A stretch of DNA of 64,000 nucleotides from Candidatus Fermentibacterota bacterium (GTDB taxonomy: Bacteria > JAFGKV01). Each line of letters starts with the position of its first letter. Within the stretch, counting starts at the first letter, position 1. Location of the stretch: NCBI GenBank assembly GCA_016928395.1, contig JAFGKV010000114.1, forward strand, positions 16,525-80,524, written 5' to 3'. Position numbers and translations under genes: made by a program. Positions 34,572 to 44,206 of this stretch are shown in pieces. The notes beneath the pieces were generated by a model that saw only the letters and a list, made by a program, of their open reading frames with translations, made no database searches and was not told the origin of the DNA.

Positions 34572-35777
34572 GTGCATCTTGCTGAACGTGTGTCAAGAAT
34601 ACAGCCGTCCCTGACCCTCGAGCTCTCGGCAAAGGCGTCAGCCTTGGCCAAAGCCGGTGAACCAGTCATCAATCTCACGGTGGGGGAACCCGACTTCCCC
34701 ACTCCGCGCCACATCCGCCAGGCAGCCATCGCCGCCATGGAGAAGGGCCTGACCAAGTATACGGCCAGTGCAGGCATCATCGACCTGCGCACGGCGGTGG
34801 CGTCTTTGCTGAACACCAAGTGGGGCAGCGTTTACGAACCTCGCAACATCGTGATTACCTCAGGTGCCAAGGAGGCCTTGGCCAATACGGTGCTCGCGAC
34901 ATGCCAGCAAGGAGATGAGATCCTCATTCCTGCTCCTTACTGGCTCAGCTATCCCGAAATGGCACGGCTCGCCCATGCGACGCCCGTGACTATCCCGACG
35001 GGTCTGGCCGACGGCTTCAAACTGACGCCGGAGGCACTGGAGGCCGCCATCACACCACGATCGCGCCTGATCATGCTCAACTCCCCGTCCAATCCCACCG
35101 GTGTCGCCTACAATCGAGGCGAGTTGGAGGCGCTGATCCCGGTGATCCTCAATCATGAGCTCTGGGTCCTATCAGACGAGATTTACAGTCGGCTGCTCTA
35201 CGAGGGCCGGCCCCACTTCTCACTGGCATCTCATCCGGAAGTCCGCGACCGTCTCATTCTCGTCGACGGGTGGTCAAAGGCATACGCCATGACGGGATGG
35301 CGAATCGGCTTTCTTGCCGCTCCCCCGGAGGTGAGTTCCGCGGTTATCCGGATGCAGAGCCACACGACGTCGCACCCATCCAGCATCTCCCAATGGGCCG
35401 CGTTGGCAGCGCTCACGGGGCCTGAGGATGAACTCAATGCCATGGTGAAAGAGTTCGAACGCCGCCGCAACATGGCCTACGAGAAGCTCTGCACTATCCC
35501 TGAACTGCCCACGAGAAAACCCGAGGGCGCCTTCTACCTGTTTGCCGATGCCTCAGCCTACCTCGGTGGCGAGCATAATGGAGTTCGCATTGACACCTCG
35601 CTGTTGCTGTGCGAATACCTGCTTGAGTCGCAGCGACTGGCCATCGTCCCGGGTTCGGTGTTCGGTGCGGAAGGATTCATCAGGCTCAGCTACGCCGCTC
35701 GCTACGATCGTGTCGCCGAAGGGATCGAGCGACTCGCCAAAGGCCTTGCGGCGCTGAGACTAACCCCTCGGAGTTGA
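34572..35777 (+). CDS. Aspartate/aromatic aminotransferase (class I PLP fold)
   Basis: Probable GTG start (gagtgagg N8 gtg) giving (M)HLAERVSRIQPSLTLELSAKASALAKAGEPVINLTVGEPDFPTP. PLP-lysine region SKAYAMTGWRIG. The ORF track begins at 34431. Confidence 0.75.
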   Translation: MHLAERVSRIQPSLTLELSAKASALAKAGEPVINLTVGEPDFPTPRHIRQAAIAAMEKGLTKYTASAGIIDLRTAVASLLNTKWGSVYEPRNIVITSGAKEALANTVLATCQQGDEILIPAPYWLSYPEMARLAHATPVTIPTGLADGFKLTPEALEAAITPRSRLIMLNSPSNPTGVAYNRGELEALIPVILNHELWVLSDEIYSRLLYEGRPHFSLASHPEVRDRLILVDGWSKAYAMTGWRIGFLAAPPEVSSAVIRMQSHTTSHPSSISQWAALAALTGPEDELNAMVKEFERRRNMAYEKLCTIPELPTRKPEGAFYLFADASAYLGGEHNGVRIDTSLLLCEYLLESQRLAIVPGSVFGAEGFIRLSYAARYDRVAEGIERLAKGLAALRLTPRS

Positions 35778-35789
35778 GAGGGCCCCGCG

Positions 35790-36010
35790 ATAGGGTTCAG
35801 GGGTCAGTCGGGCCTTCGGGTTCCGCTGCGCTCCGCAGTTCTCAGTTGTCGGTTCTCAGTCAAGCCTGAACTGCCGACCGCCGGCTGACAAGAGCTCGGT
35901 GTCGGTATCCCTTTCGCTATCGGAATCGACGAGCCCCGCCTATTCGATCACGAACCCGATTACGATAGCGCTTGGCGCGGAATCGCAGGCCGCCTACTCT
36001 CGGGCAAAGG
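35790..36010. repeat. Mosaic intergenic repeat, copy C
   Basis: Shares gggttcaggggtcagtcgggcc..., ttctcagttgtcggttctcagtcaagcc and ctcggtgtcggtatcc...gctatcggaatcgacgagc modules with copies A and D. Confidence 0.6.
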
Positions 36011-36139
36011 TTTCGGGTTCAGAACTACCCCGGCTGCACCAAGGCTTACTGCTCGCTTCCCGTCGACACGCTTACCCTGGAGCGGGACGCCTGCGAACCG
36101 TAAACCGTCAACGGTGAACGGCCGGCGATGCCGCCGCCT

Positions 36140-36460
36140 CTACACACTTTCGATCATGACGGCGGTGCCGTAGGCCAGAATCTCGGCGGCGCCGCTCATC
36201 ACCGAGGTCGTGCTGAAGCGTAGACCCACCACCGCATTCGCCCCAAGCTGGGCAGCATTCTCCACCATGCGATCGATGGCCTGTTCCCGTGACTCCGCAA
36301 TCATCTGCGTGTACTCCTCGATCTCACCGCCGGTGATGTTCTTGATGGATGCAATAATGTCCTTGCCAATGCTTTTGGCCCGTATCGTATTGCCCTTCAC
36401 CAGACCCAGCGCTTTGATGATTCTGTATCCCGCCAGAGACTCAGTGGTCGCCACGATCAT
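36140..36460 (-). CDS. ybjQ: YbjQ/UPF0145 (DUF74) family protein
   Basis: MIVATTESLAGYRIIKALGLVKG...IKNITGGEIEEYTQMIAESREQAIDRMVENAAQLGANAVVGLRFSTTSVMSGAAEILAYGTAV aligns by eye with E. coli YbjQ (IVGGRSGAYE...LGADAVVGI...GTAV). ORF extends to 36808; start placed at internal Met. Confidence 0.7.
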   Translation of the reverse strand: MIVATTESLAGYRIIKALGLVKGNTIRAKSIGKDIIASIKNITGGEIEEYTQMIAESREQAIDRMVENAAQLGANAVVGLRFSTTSVMSGAAEILAYGTAVMIESV

Positions 36461-36906
36461 CGCCGTATCTCCTTGTACCGATCGTACCGGTAGGTGAGCA
36501 TCTTCTCTCGGACGGTTGACACGGTGAGCACAATGAACCCCAGTGCGAGCAAGGTGCAGCCTCCCCGGAGTACGAGGGGAACATCTGCCCTGCTCAGCCA
36601 ATCCCGGCACAACTCCCAGGCCCCGTAGCACAGGAGAAGGATGGCTCCCAATCCAGCGACAACATAGCCTGCGCTGCGTTCCAGCCGGTTGTAGAGCTGG
36701 TTCCAGTGTGCATCCCACGCCTCGTCGGACAGGCGGGGCAGAGACACCCTCTTCATAAGTCCCTCCAAATGCCGAAGCTCGGCCAACTCCCGCGAACACC
36801 GCGGGCAATGATCCAGGTGAGCGAGCAACTCCTCTCTCTGTTCTACCGTCAGTTGCCCATCGAGTAATCCGCTCAGAAGAACGCTGGCAGCGTCACAGGT
36901 CATTAC
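36457..36906 (-). CDS. ZAS-type anti-sigma factor (zinc-binding HxxxCxxC, single TM)
   Basis: MTCDAASVLLSGLLDGQLTVEQREELLAHLDHCPRCSRELAELRHLEG, then TM GYVVAGLGAILLLCYGAW. Overlaps the sigma-factor gene stop. Confidence 0.55.
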   Translation of the reverse strand, partial: VMTCDAASVLLSGLLDGQLTVEQREELLAHLDHCPRCSRELAELRHLEGLMKRVSLPRLSDEAWDAHWNQLYNRLERSAGYVVAGLGAILLLCYGAWELCRDWLSRADVPLVLRGGCTLLALGFIVLTVSTVREKMLTYRYDRYKEIRR

Positions 36907-37475
36907 TCCTCCTTCCACGCGGCCATTGCCGTAGCCAGCGCCTTTCTGGCGTGATGCAGTCGCGACATGACCGTGCCTATGGGGCATCCAAGACTCTGCG
37001 CTATCTCATCATATGACAGATCCTGGAAATGCCTCAGGAGGATGATCTCCCGGTGATCCGGGGAGAGCGATGTCATTGCCCTGGAGAGGTCGTGCCTGAT
37101 CTCGACGATGCGCGGAGAATCATCAAGGGTTCCCCCGAGCCGTTCATCAAACTCCACAGTCTCACGATCCCTGCTCCGTCGAGCCAGCCGCGACATGCAG
37201 CGGTTGCGCACGATGGCATAGAGCCACGGGAAAAACGGCGAGCCCTGGCGAAAACGTGGTAGTGCCCGCCACGCACGGATGAATGACTCCTGTGTCACCT
37301 CAAGAGCGTCGTCCTCGTTGAGTACAAGACCTGAGGCAATGGCGTATACCCGTGGAGCGTACATGCGATACAACTCTCCGAATGCATCCTTATCGCCCGC
37401 GACGGCCGCACCGACAAGCATGGATTCACGTTCGCCAAGCCTCATCGCGGCCGACGGGCCAGCCTGTTCTTCCAC
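36903..37475 (-). CDS. ECF (sigma-70 group IV) RNA polymerase sigma factor
   Basis: Region 2 FGELYRMYAPRVYAIASGLVLNEDDALEVTQESFIRAWRAL. Region 4 LSYDEIAQSLGCPIGTVMSRLHHARKAL. Confidence 0.8.
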   Translation of the reverse strand: MEEQAGPSAAMRLGERESMLVGAAVAGDKDAFGELYRMYAPRVYAIASGLVLNEDDALEVTQESFIRAWRALPRFRQGSPFFPWLYAIVRNRCMSRLARRSRDRETVEFDERLGGTLDDSPRIVEIRHDLSRAMTSLSPDHREIILLRHFQDLSYDEIAQSLGCPIGTVMSRLHHARKALATAMAAWKEE

Positions 37476-37477
37476 CA

Positions 37478-37536
37478 GCCCTCCTCCCTCTTCTCGATCA
37501 CTAGAGAACTACCCCGCGCACGCCGTGCCTATTCTC
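37478..37536 (-). promoter_or_regulatory. Two 13-nt direct repeats GTTCTCT(G/A)GTGA(G/T) just upstream of the ECF sigma start (candidate autoregulated promoter or operator)
   Basis: Minus-strand reading ...gaGGTTCTCTGGTGAGaataggcacggcgtgcgcggggtaGTTCTCTAGTGATcg ATG. Repeats are about 30 nt apart. Confidence 0.25.
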
Positions 37537-37845
37537 ACCAGAGAACCTCCGGCGCTCGTTGAGGGAAAGACGCCCTCTGGCAAGACATCTAATGGCAGGG
37601 GCTCTCTTTCGGCATCTCAGTGCCCCGCGAGTGCGCACACAGCAACCTGGAGTCAGATGTGTCGCCTCCTCACCCGGCGCCAACACCCAGCGATCTCTTC
37701 GCAGGACGCCAGATCCCGACTTCGTACTCAGCAACGAGACGCCGAAAGAGCGGGACGGAAGGCATTTACAACGCTGCGCACAAGGCCGTGCCGAGGCCCA
37801 CGCCCGACGCCACCGAGAACGCGGAAACCGACCCTCCCTATGGGG

Positions 37846-38313
37846 CTATCGTTTTGTGGAGTCACCCTGTGGCGGCGTGAGGTCTTCCTTGGGTACGCCC
37901 ATGGTCTCCGTGGATGCCATGAAGACCAGCCTTGACAGATTCACCGCTCGGGCCTTCCACTCCGCACCATCCCTGGCGAAACCAAAAAACCAATCGTTCC
38001 CCCAAAGAATACCTTGCTTTGTCTTTCCGTCTTGAAGGGTGATGGTGATGGCCATCTTGCGCCCATCCCGATCGCTGCGGGCAAAGGCTATGGTCGAGAT
38101 CTCTTCGTATGGAATCTTAGGACGGGCGTCGCCGTCGATGAAGCAGAGGATGCGGACAAAACCTCGGTCCAACGCCTCGTGGAAATCGAAGACCGTGTCA
38201 ACCCTACCGTCAGCGTAGGTGACTTCGACATCAAATGTCGCCTCCGAGGCCACGATAGTCGTGGACCCGGTGGCTCCGAGAATGGCGATCGCAAGCAAGA
38301 CAGAGCGGTGCAA
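37846..38313 (-). CDS. Hypothetical small exported protein
   Basis: Signal MHRSVLLAIAILGATGSTTIVASEA. No recognised motif. Confidence 0.35.
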   Translation of the reverse strand: MHRSVLLAIAILGATGSTTIVASEATFDVEVTYADGRVDTVFDFHEALDRGFVRILCFIDGDARPKIPYEEISTIAFARSDRDGRKMAITITLQDGKTKQGILWGNDWFFGFARDGAEWKARAVNLSRLVFMASTETMGVPKEDLTPPQGDSTKR

Positions 38314-38455
38314 GGACTTCCTCCTTCCGAAGACAAGTCAGTGTTCCTCCCGTCATTCGCGCCAGGAGGACACTCTTGTTGATGAGCTCGGCATGCAAGA
38401 TAGTCGGCGAGGCCGCAGCGTTCCAGATCCGCCACCTCGGCGCGTCCACGCCAAT

Positions 38456-39847
38456 TCATGCGCCGTCGATGAGAGGACGAATCAACGGACCCGGGAGAAT
38501 GCCATGCTCTCGTGGGTCCAGCCCGGCCACAATCGTGATCGAAGGGCCTGAATCGGCGAGGTCAATGGTCAGCGGGCGGTCAACCGCCCGCCCGTCCTCG
38601 TGGGTGATTATCCGCACCCGCGGCCGGAGCACGTGAGCCGGATTTGTGGTCACTACCATTGCCAATCGACCGTCGCTCAGCCGCACGAAGGTACCAGGAG
38701 CAAACACCCCGACCATGCTGACAAAGGAAGAGAAAAGCCTGGCACTGAATGCCTTTCCCACCAGCCGCGACAGCTGCAGGATTGCCTCATCGCTACGGAT
38801 GCCACGCTCACCGCTCCTGGGCGTAACCAAGTCAACAAACTCATCGGCCAGCCCAACCAGTTCCGCCATGGGATGGATCTGCCGTTTTCCCGAAACTCGA
38901 GGGAATCCACTCAGATCATATCGCATGTGATGCTCGAATGCCACCACGACGCTGAGGCGATCCACCTGCCTCCCCAGCAAGAGCATCCGGGCACCCTCGG
39001 CAGGGTGCATCTGAAAGAGCCGCTCGTCCTCCGATGCCGATTCCCTCCGAAGACCCAATGCCAGCAGTCCCACATCATAGAGAAACGAGGCTGTGCCAAG
39101 CGCAGCGGTCTGCTCGGGCGTGAGGCCCAGATGCCGCGCATACCCCACAGCGAGCGTGGTCACTCTGACCAGGTGCGTCAACCACTCGTCCTCATGCCGC
39201 TCCATCAGTGCCAGTGACAGGACAGGAGATCTGCCTTCTACCAGTGCCTGCGTGAGTTCATACACGTAGGCACGGGCGGGACCGATAGAAATCGGACGGT
39301 GCGACATGGCACTCTCGACGATTCCCTCAAACCCCGCTCGTGCATGTACAAAGAGGCCGGACACCACCCGATGTTCCGCGTCAAGTTGATCCGGAGGACG
39401 GGCGAGATCCTTGGCTTGCAGGGCAGTAGGGGTCAAGCGGTTGAGGGTGATAGTCCGAATGCCCCGGGCTTGAAGAACCCGATGAGATCCGCCACGACTC
39501 TGGACAGCTTCAGGGGATTGCTGAAGGACGTCGATCAGTTCACTGAGGTCCTCTGCTGAGCATCCCTGGCTGAAGGTAACGCGGTCAACGCCGTGACTCT
39601 GCAGAATCCGCAAGAGATGGTCGGCGCCGGAGGTAGCCTGGAAGGTGTCGCCATCCTGAAAGACAATCTCCTCAGCCAGGATTCCCAGATCCACCGCCGC
39701 GCACCGTCGGAGCAGAGCAGCCAGCTCTTCCTCGGCTCGCTGCAGGCTTGATGCGATGGATTGGTGGCCCCGGGGATAGAGCTGGGCCATACGAAGGGCG
39801 CTGTTGAGCGTTCGAAGGAGATCGTCGAGGCTACTGCGTGGTTGCAT
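38456..39847 (-). CDS. HD-GYP-type domain protein (apparently degenerate: YD for HD, GFP for GYP) with N-terminal DUF3391-like domain
   Basis: C-terminal region ...ARHLGL...ASFLYDVGLLALG...MHPAEGARML...FEHHMRYDLSGFPRVSG... follows HD-GYP spacing (H..HDxGK..HHE.xDGSGYP) but with Y replacing H and F replacing Y. Confidence 0.55.
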   Translation of the reverse strand: MQPRSSLDDLLRTLNSALRMAQLYPRGHQSIASSLQRAEEELAALLRRCAAVDLGILAEEIVFQDGDTFQATSGADHLLRILQSHGVDRVTFSQGCSAEDLSELIDVLQQSPEAVQSRGGSHRVLQARGIRTITLNRLTPTALQAKDLARPPDQLDAEHRVVSGLFVHARAGFEGIVESAMSHRPISIGPARAYVYELTQALVEGRSPVLSLALMERHEDEWLTHLVRVTTLAVGYARHLGLTPEQTAALGTASFLYDVGLLALGLRRESASEDERLFQMHPAEGARMLLLGRQVDRLSVVVAFEHHMRYDLSGFPRVSGKRQIHPMAELVGLADEFVDLVTPRSGERGIRSDEAILQLSRLVGKAFSARLFSSFVSMVGVFAPGTFVRLSDGRLAMVVTTNPAHVLRPRVRIITHEDGRAVDRPLTIDLADSGPSITIVAGLDPREHGILPGPLIRPLIDGA

Positions 39848-42068
39848 CGTGGTGTCCCTTGGCTTCCTCTAGCGCGCCGCGGCACGCCTTGCGGACCGCT
39901 CCAATTCCCCATCGGGCGCGCTGCAGGACGAATCCTCGGCCGGCCCGGTCTTCCAGTGAAAGAAGCGCCTTGGCGGCGGCGAGGGCCAGTTGGTCATCCC
40001 GGGCGCGCCTGGTCCAACCGCCGACACCACGCACGGCCTCTTCCAGCGTGTCGCGAAGCGCGACAAGCTTGGCACTCCCTGCCAGACGCACGGCCCCAAC
40101 GCGCACCGGCACAAATTCCGGATTCTCATGGTGTCCTCGGATGAGGGTGGCCAGCGCCCCGGCAAACTGGGCTGGGCCGAGCTCGTCCGCGGCGTCCAGG
40201 GCGATTTGCACTACCTGTGCGCTGGTGTCCCGCAAGCACCGCTCAACAGCGCGTGACCTCTCCGATCCGCCAATTCTCATCATCGCTGAGAGTGCGGCCG
40301 ATCTGACAGCCTGATCCCGGTGCGAGAGCAGCGCATCGATCTTTCCTGCCCCACGTCGTGATCCAAGAAGCCGGATAATGATCAAAGCCTCCCGCACCAC
40401 TCGGGGATCGGCGTCCGAAAACCATTCGACAACCTCCTCCTCAGCACTCTGTCCGTATTGGCACACAATCTCGTTACGCAGTTCTTCGCAGATGTCCCAC
40501 TCCGGTGCCCGCGAGAGCGCCTTCATGACCGCTCGCACCCCAGGGTCGCCGAACCTCGCGGCCGTATGCCTGGCGGATACCCGCTGCCCGGGATCGGCGG
40601 AGAGCATTCCTCTGGCAAGATGATCCACCAGGGTGACGCCCAGCAGCTTGGCCATGGCCTCCTTGGGCCTGAAGCCCCGGGTGGCGAGTTCTCCCGCCAA
40701 TTCCTCCGCGAGTCGCTGCAATTCGGCATACTCATCATCCTCAGCCAGGCGTACGAATTCGGTGTGATAGTGGGACAGCACTGCCTCAACTTGCTCGGGC
40801 GTGTCGCTGAGGCAGATGAGCCCTCTCAGGTCATCCAAGTAGCTTGCGAGGACCATCTCCTCGTGCATACCGCTCCTTAGCCGCTCACCATCAACCACGC
40901 CGAGATCGCCGCGCGGTGGGGTGGCGGCCAAGAGCGACGAGAACAGAGGATCGACGTCGTCGAGGAACCCCACTCCACGAACCACGCGCTCCTCCCACCA
41001 AGTCAGGATCTCGGAGCGTCTCGTTTCGGGCACCCCGCTCAAAGCCAGCTCTTGTGCCAGTAACGGTTCGAGTCTGACCCGACGATCATGATCGGGCACG
41101 AGATCACGAATCACAAGCCCGAGCCCGTCGTCGAGGCCGCCCCGTTCGGTCACGGCATCCGCGATGGCTGAGGCCAGATCGGCATCGTCCATCTCATCGG
41201 CCAGCGTTGGCGCGCGGGCTTTGTGGTGAAGTGCGCTTCCGAGAAGCTCGGGCCGCCGCGCAAGTACCAGATTGGCATCCAGAGAGAGCGTTGCCCCGAC
41301 CAGGGTCTTTCGCAGCGATTCCCACCGTTCGGGGTACAAATTGCGGAGTCGCTCTGCCAGGAGCCCGAGGGTGCCCACGGTCCCCTCGGCCAGGGGCGTC
41401 GTCGCCTTTGCCGGTGCGGGATGCGACCCCTTGAGACTCAGCTCTAGGAGACGGGCCAGGGCTGCCCGATCCTCGGATAGCCGCCCCAAGACATCGATCT
41501 CCTCATCGCTCATTGCCTTCTGCATCGGGCGGGGATCCCACAGGGTCAGAAGTCGGGCAAAGTGCTCCGCATCTCTCTCCCCGACCTCAGCGGGAGCGCC
41601 CACACCGTCGGCAAAGAGCCTGCCATAGTCCAACGGGTAGAGCGTAATCCTCTCGAGGCCTTGCTCGGATGCCAGTTCCGAGAGGCGAGTCTGCGGAGCC
41701 ATGCGGCGAGTATCGATGGCGAGAACTCTCATCAATACGCCGAGCTCGCGGCTCTCCACATCGGCGGGGAATTCCACAGATGCCAATCCGAGTCTCAGAA
41801 ATCGGTCCGAAAAGCCGGCCGGAACCTCCACGGGAACCTCGGGAGCGAGTTCGTCGAGAAAGCATTCCTGTTTGTAGACGGTAAGCTTGAGTGTGGCGCC
41901 TCCGGCCGCAAGAGACAGAATGGTCTCGCGCAGTGACTCCAGCGCTGCGGAGAACCGAGGGTGGGATGCCGGGTACAGAGCAGCGCACCGACGGGCGGCT
42001 TCGATCCCTCCCAAGAGCTTCACAATTCTACCCGCTGTCGGGGCCTGCGTGTGCGACCGGTCAGTCAT
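39831..42068 (-). CDS. Large HEAT-repeat protein with N-terminal domain related to the adjacent HD-GYP protein's N-terminus
   Basis: N-terminus IVKLLGGIEAARRCAALYPASHPRFSAALESLRE parallels LLRTLNSALRMAQLYPRGHQSIASSLQRAEEE of the neighbour. C-terminal HEAT-like repeats (DPRVVREALIIIRLLGSRRG; DQAVRSAALSAMMRIGGSE; SAQVVQIALDAADELG). Confidence 0.5.
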   Translation of the reverse strand: MTDRSHTQAPTAGRIVKLLGGIEAARRCAALYPASHPRFSAALESLRETILSLAAGGATLKLTVYKQECFLDELAPEVPVEVPAGFSDRFLRLGLASVEFPADVESRELGVLMRVLAIDTRRMAPQTRLSELASEQGLERITLYPLDYGRLFADGVGAPAEVGERDAEHFARLLTLWDPRPMQKAMSDEEIDVLGRLSEDRAALARLLELSLKGSHPAPAKATTPLAEGTVGTLGLLAERLRNLYPERWESLRKTLVGATLSLDANLVLARRPELLGSALHHKARAPTLADEMDDADLASAIADAVTERGGLDDGLGLVIRDLVPDHDRRVRLEPLLAQELALSGVPETRRSEILTWWEERVVRGVGFLDDVDPLFSSLLAATPPRGDLGVVDGERLRSGMHEEMVLASYLDDLRGLICLSDTPEQVEAVLSHYHTEFVRLAEDDEYAELQRLAEELAGELATRGFRPKEAMAKLLGVTLVDHLARGMLSADPGQRVSARHTAARFGDPGVRAVMKALSRAPEWDICEELRNEIVCQYGQSAEEEVVEWFSDADPRVVREALIIIRLLGSRRGAGKIDALLSHRDQAVRSAALSAMMRIGGSERSRAVERCLRDTSAQVVQIALDAADELGPAQFAGALATLIRGHHENPEFVPVRVGAVRLAGSAKLVALRDTLEEAVRGVGGWTRRARDDQLALAAAKALLSLEDRAGRGFVLQRARWGIGAVRKACRGALEEAKGHHDATTQ

Positions 42069-42282
42069 GGAATAGGGCTCCTGGATCCTGCCATAGATAC
42101 GAAGAGTCGCCCGCTATGGTGTGGCTGCCGAGAGCGCCTGTCAATCCTGAGAGCACGTCGAGCTTCATGCATCACAGCTATCCACCTTACCATTGCTCTT
42201 GACAGAAGGCTCTCGGAAGCGGTTTCTCACTGATCATCAGTCGTGTCAGGCCCACTCATGCCCTGCGCGGACGGGAAACAAC

Positions 42283-44031
42283 GTGGAGAACCATCAGTCA
42301 GTAATCGTGCAAGGACTTCCGGTAGCCGAGGGTGTGGCCCTCGGTCGCGCGTTCGTCTATTCAACCGATGTATCATGCGTTCTAAGGCGAGAGGTTCCGG
42401 ACCAAGAGGTCGACCACGAGATATCTCGCTTCGTTGAAGCGAGGGAGGATGTTGAGAGATACTACGAGGCCGCCGTTGAGGAGGCGGTGAGGGACCTCGG
42501 CCAGGAAGAGGCAGACATACTGCGAAGTCACTTCCACATCGTCCGGGATCCTTACTTCATGGAGGAAGTTCCTGAGCTCATCCGCAGCCAGAACGTCAAC
42601 CCGGAGTGGCTGGTCTCGGAGGGAGTTCACCGCATCGCCAAGACCTTGGGAGACAGCCCGGATTCCTATCTCCGGGAACGGGCGACCGACGTTGAAGACG
42701 TCGGTCGACAACTGCTGCACAGGCTCCTGCAGATGGAGGGAATCGGCCACATACCAGGCCATGAGCCGGTAGTGGTGGTAGCACGAGAGCTGACGCCGTC
42801 CGATATCCTCCGCCTCAAGAAGTCCCGGGTACTGGCTCTGGTGACGGAACTGGGCACGGCAACGTCGCATGCAGCGGTGATCGCCAAGCCCCTGAACATC
42901 CCGGTAGTGATGGGAATCACGGGGCTGATGAATTCCGTGCGAACGGATGACACTATCTTCGTCGACGGTTCCAAGGGCGAGATTCACCTCAATCCTGATC
43001 CTGCTGCCGCACGGTTGTTCCAGCGCAGGATTCGGGAGGCCCAAGACCATCGGGTACGCATCGTCGAAGATACGACACTTCCCGCTCTCACCACGGACGG
43101 TGTAAAAGTGTCGCTCTTGGCCAATCTCGCCCATCCGGAGGAGACCCACGCGGCCCTAGCTGCGGGAGCCGAGGGAGTTGGCCTGTTCCGTACCGAGTTC
43201 GCGTTTTTGGCGGAGGGTCGGTTGCTCGATGAAGATGAGCAGTACGCCATCTATGAAGCCGTTGTCAGGGGGATGGCGGGGCGACCCGTGGTGATACGCA
43301 CGCTTGATCTGGGCGGTGACAAACTGGTGCCGCATCATGAACGCCAGCTGGAGGCGAATCCCTTCCTGGGATGGCGCTCAATCCGGATATCGCTTCAGAT
43401 GAAGGAAAGCTTTAAGATCCAGCTCAGATCGATACTGCGTGCCAGCGCGTCGGGACCGACGAGCATCATGTACCCCATGATCTCGACTGTCGATGAGGTA
43501 ATCGATGTCAAGGCCGTGGTGGATGAAGTGATGCGGGATTTGATGCGTGAGGGTCTCGACTACAACCCGCAGATTCCGCAGGGGATGATGATTGAGGTGC
43601 CATCAGCCGCGGTGAACATACGCGCGTTTCTCCCCCATACCGACTTCGTCAGTATCGGCACGAATGATTTGGTACAGTATGCTCTGGCTGTTGACCGCAA
43701 CAATCCACGCGTCGCATCCTACTATCGACCGTGTGATCCGGCCGTACTCCGGCTCATACGCCACACCGCCTGGACGACGCGGCGGGCCCGCAAACACACC
43801 TCGGTATGCGGTGAGATGGCCGGCCGGCCCCGATACGCCCCGTTACTCATAGGTTTGGGAGTTGATGAGCTCAGCATGGCACCGAATCTGATCCCCGCGG
43901 TGAAGCACATAATCCGGAATACGAGCCTCGCCGACGCCGCGGTCTTGGCCCGGGATACCCTGGCCTGTTCGACGGCTACAGAGGTGGAGAAACTGGTAGA
44001 CACTTTCGTGGCCAACATACCAGGCTCGTAG
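42283..44031 (+). CDS. ptsI: Phosphoenolpyruvate-protein phosphotransferase (PTS Enzyme I)
   Basis: N-terminal SVIVQGLPVAEGVALGRAFVY. Phospho-His region TELGTATSHAAVIAKPLNIPVVMG. RTLDLGGDK, IGTNDLVQY and CGEMAG motifs. ORF begins with TTG at 42193; a GTG at 42283 gives a canonical ~582-aa EI. Confidence 0.8.
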   Translation: MENHQSVIVQGLPVAEGVALGRAFVYSTDVSCVLRREVPDQEVDHEISRFVEAREDVERYYEAAVEEAVRDLGQEEADILRSHFHIVRDPYFMEEVPELIRSQNVNPEWLVSEGVHRIAKTLGDSPDSYLRERATDVEDVGRQLLHRLLQMEGIGHIPGHEPVVVVARELTPSDILRLKKSRVLALVTELGTATSHAAVIAKPLNIPVVMGITGLMNSVRTDDTIFVDGSKGEIHLNPDPAAARLFQRRIREAQDHRVRIVEDTTLPALTTDGVKVSLLANLAHPEETHAALAAGAEGVGLFRTEFAFLAEGRLLDEDEQYAIYEAVVRGMAGRPVVIRTLDLGGDKLVPHHERQLEANPFLGWRSIRISLQMKESFKIQLRSILRASASGPTSIMYPMISTVDEVIDVKAVVDEVMRDLMREGLDYNPQIPQGMMIEVPSAAVNIRAFLPHTDFVSIGTNDLVQYALAVDRNNPRVASYYRPCDPAVLRLIRHTAWTTRRARKHTSVCGEMAGRPRYAPLLIGLGVDELSMAPNLIPAVKHIIRNTSLADAAVLARDTLACSTATEVEKLVDTFVANIPGS

Positions 44032-44206
44032 TAGTCGCCGACCCCGGTGGTATAGCCCGGTTGCTGCGTTGTGAGGAGGTTCAAGGTTCGGAGTTCACTC
44101 CAGTGGTGCGGGGTGGAGGGAGAAAGCCATGGATGAGGCTGACCTCTCCCCGAGCGAAAACCCGTGGCCTGTACAGCACACGCAGTCTCCCACAGCAGAA
44201 CTCCTT

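Noticed and set aside
42283-44031. PtsP (EI-Ntr) rather than PtsI
   Set aside because: There is no N-terminal GAF domain with the GTG start at 42283, and the length is about 582 aa. No hpr/ptsH is adjacent, so its role in a sugar PTS is unconfirmed.
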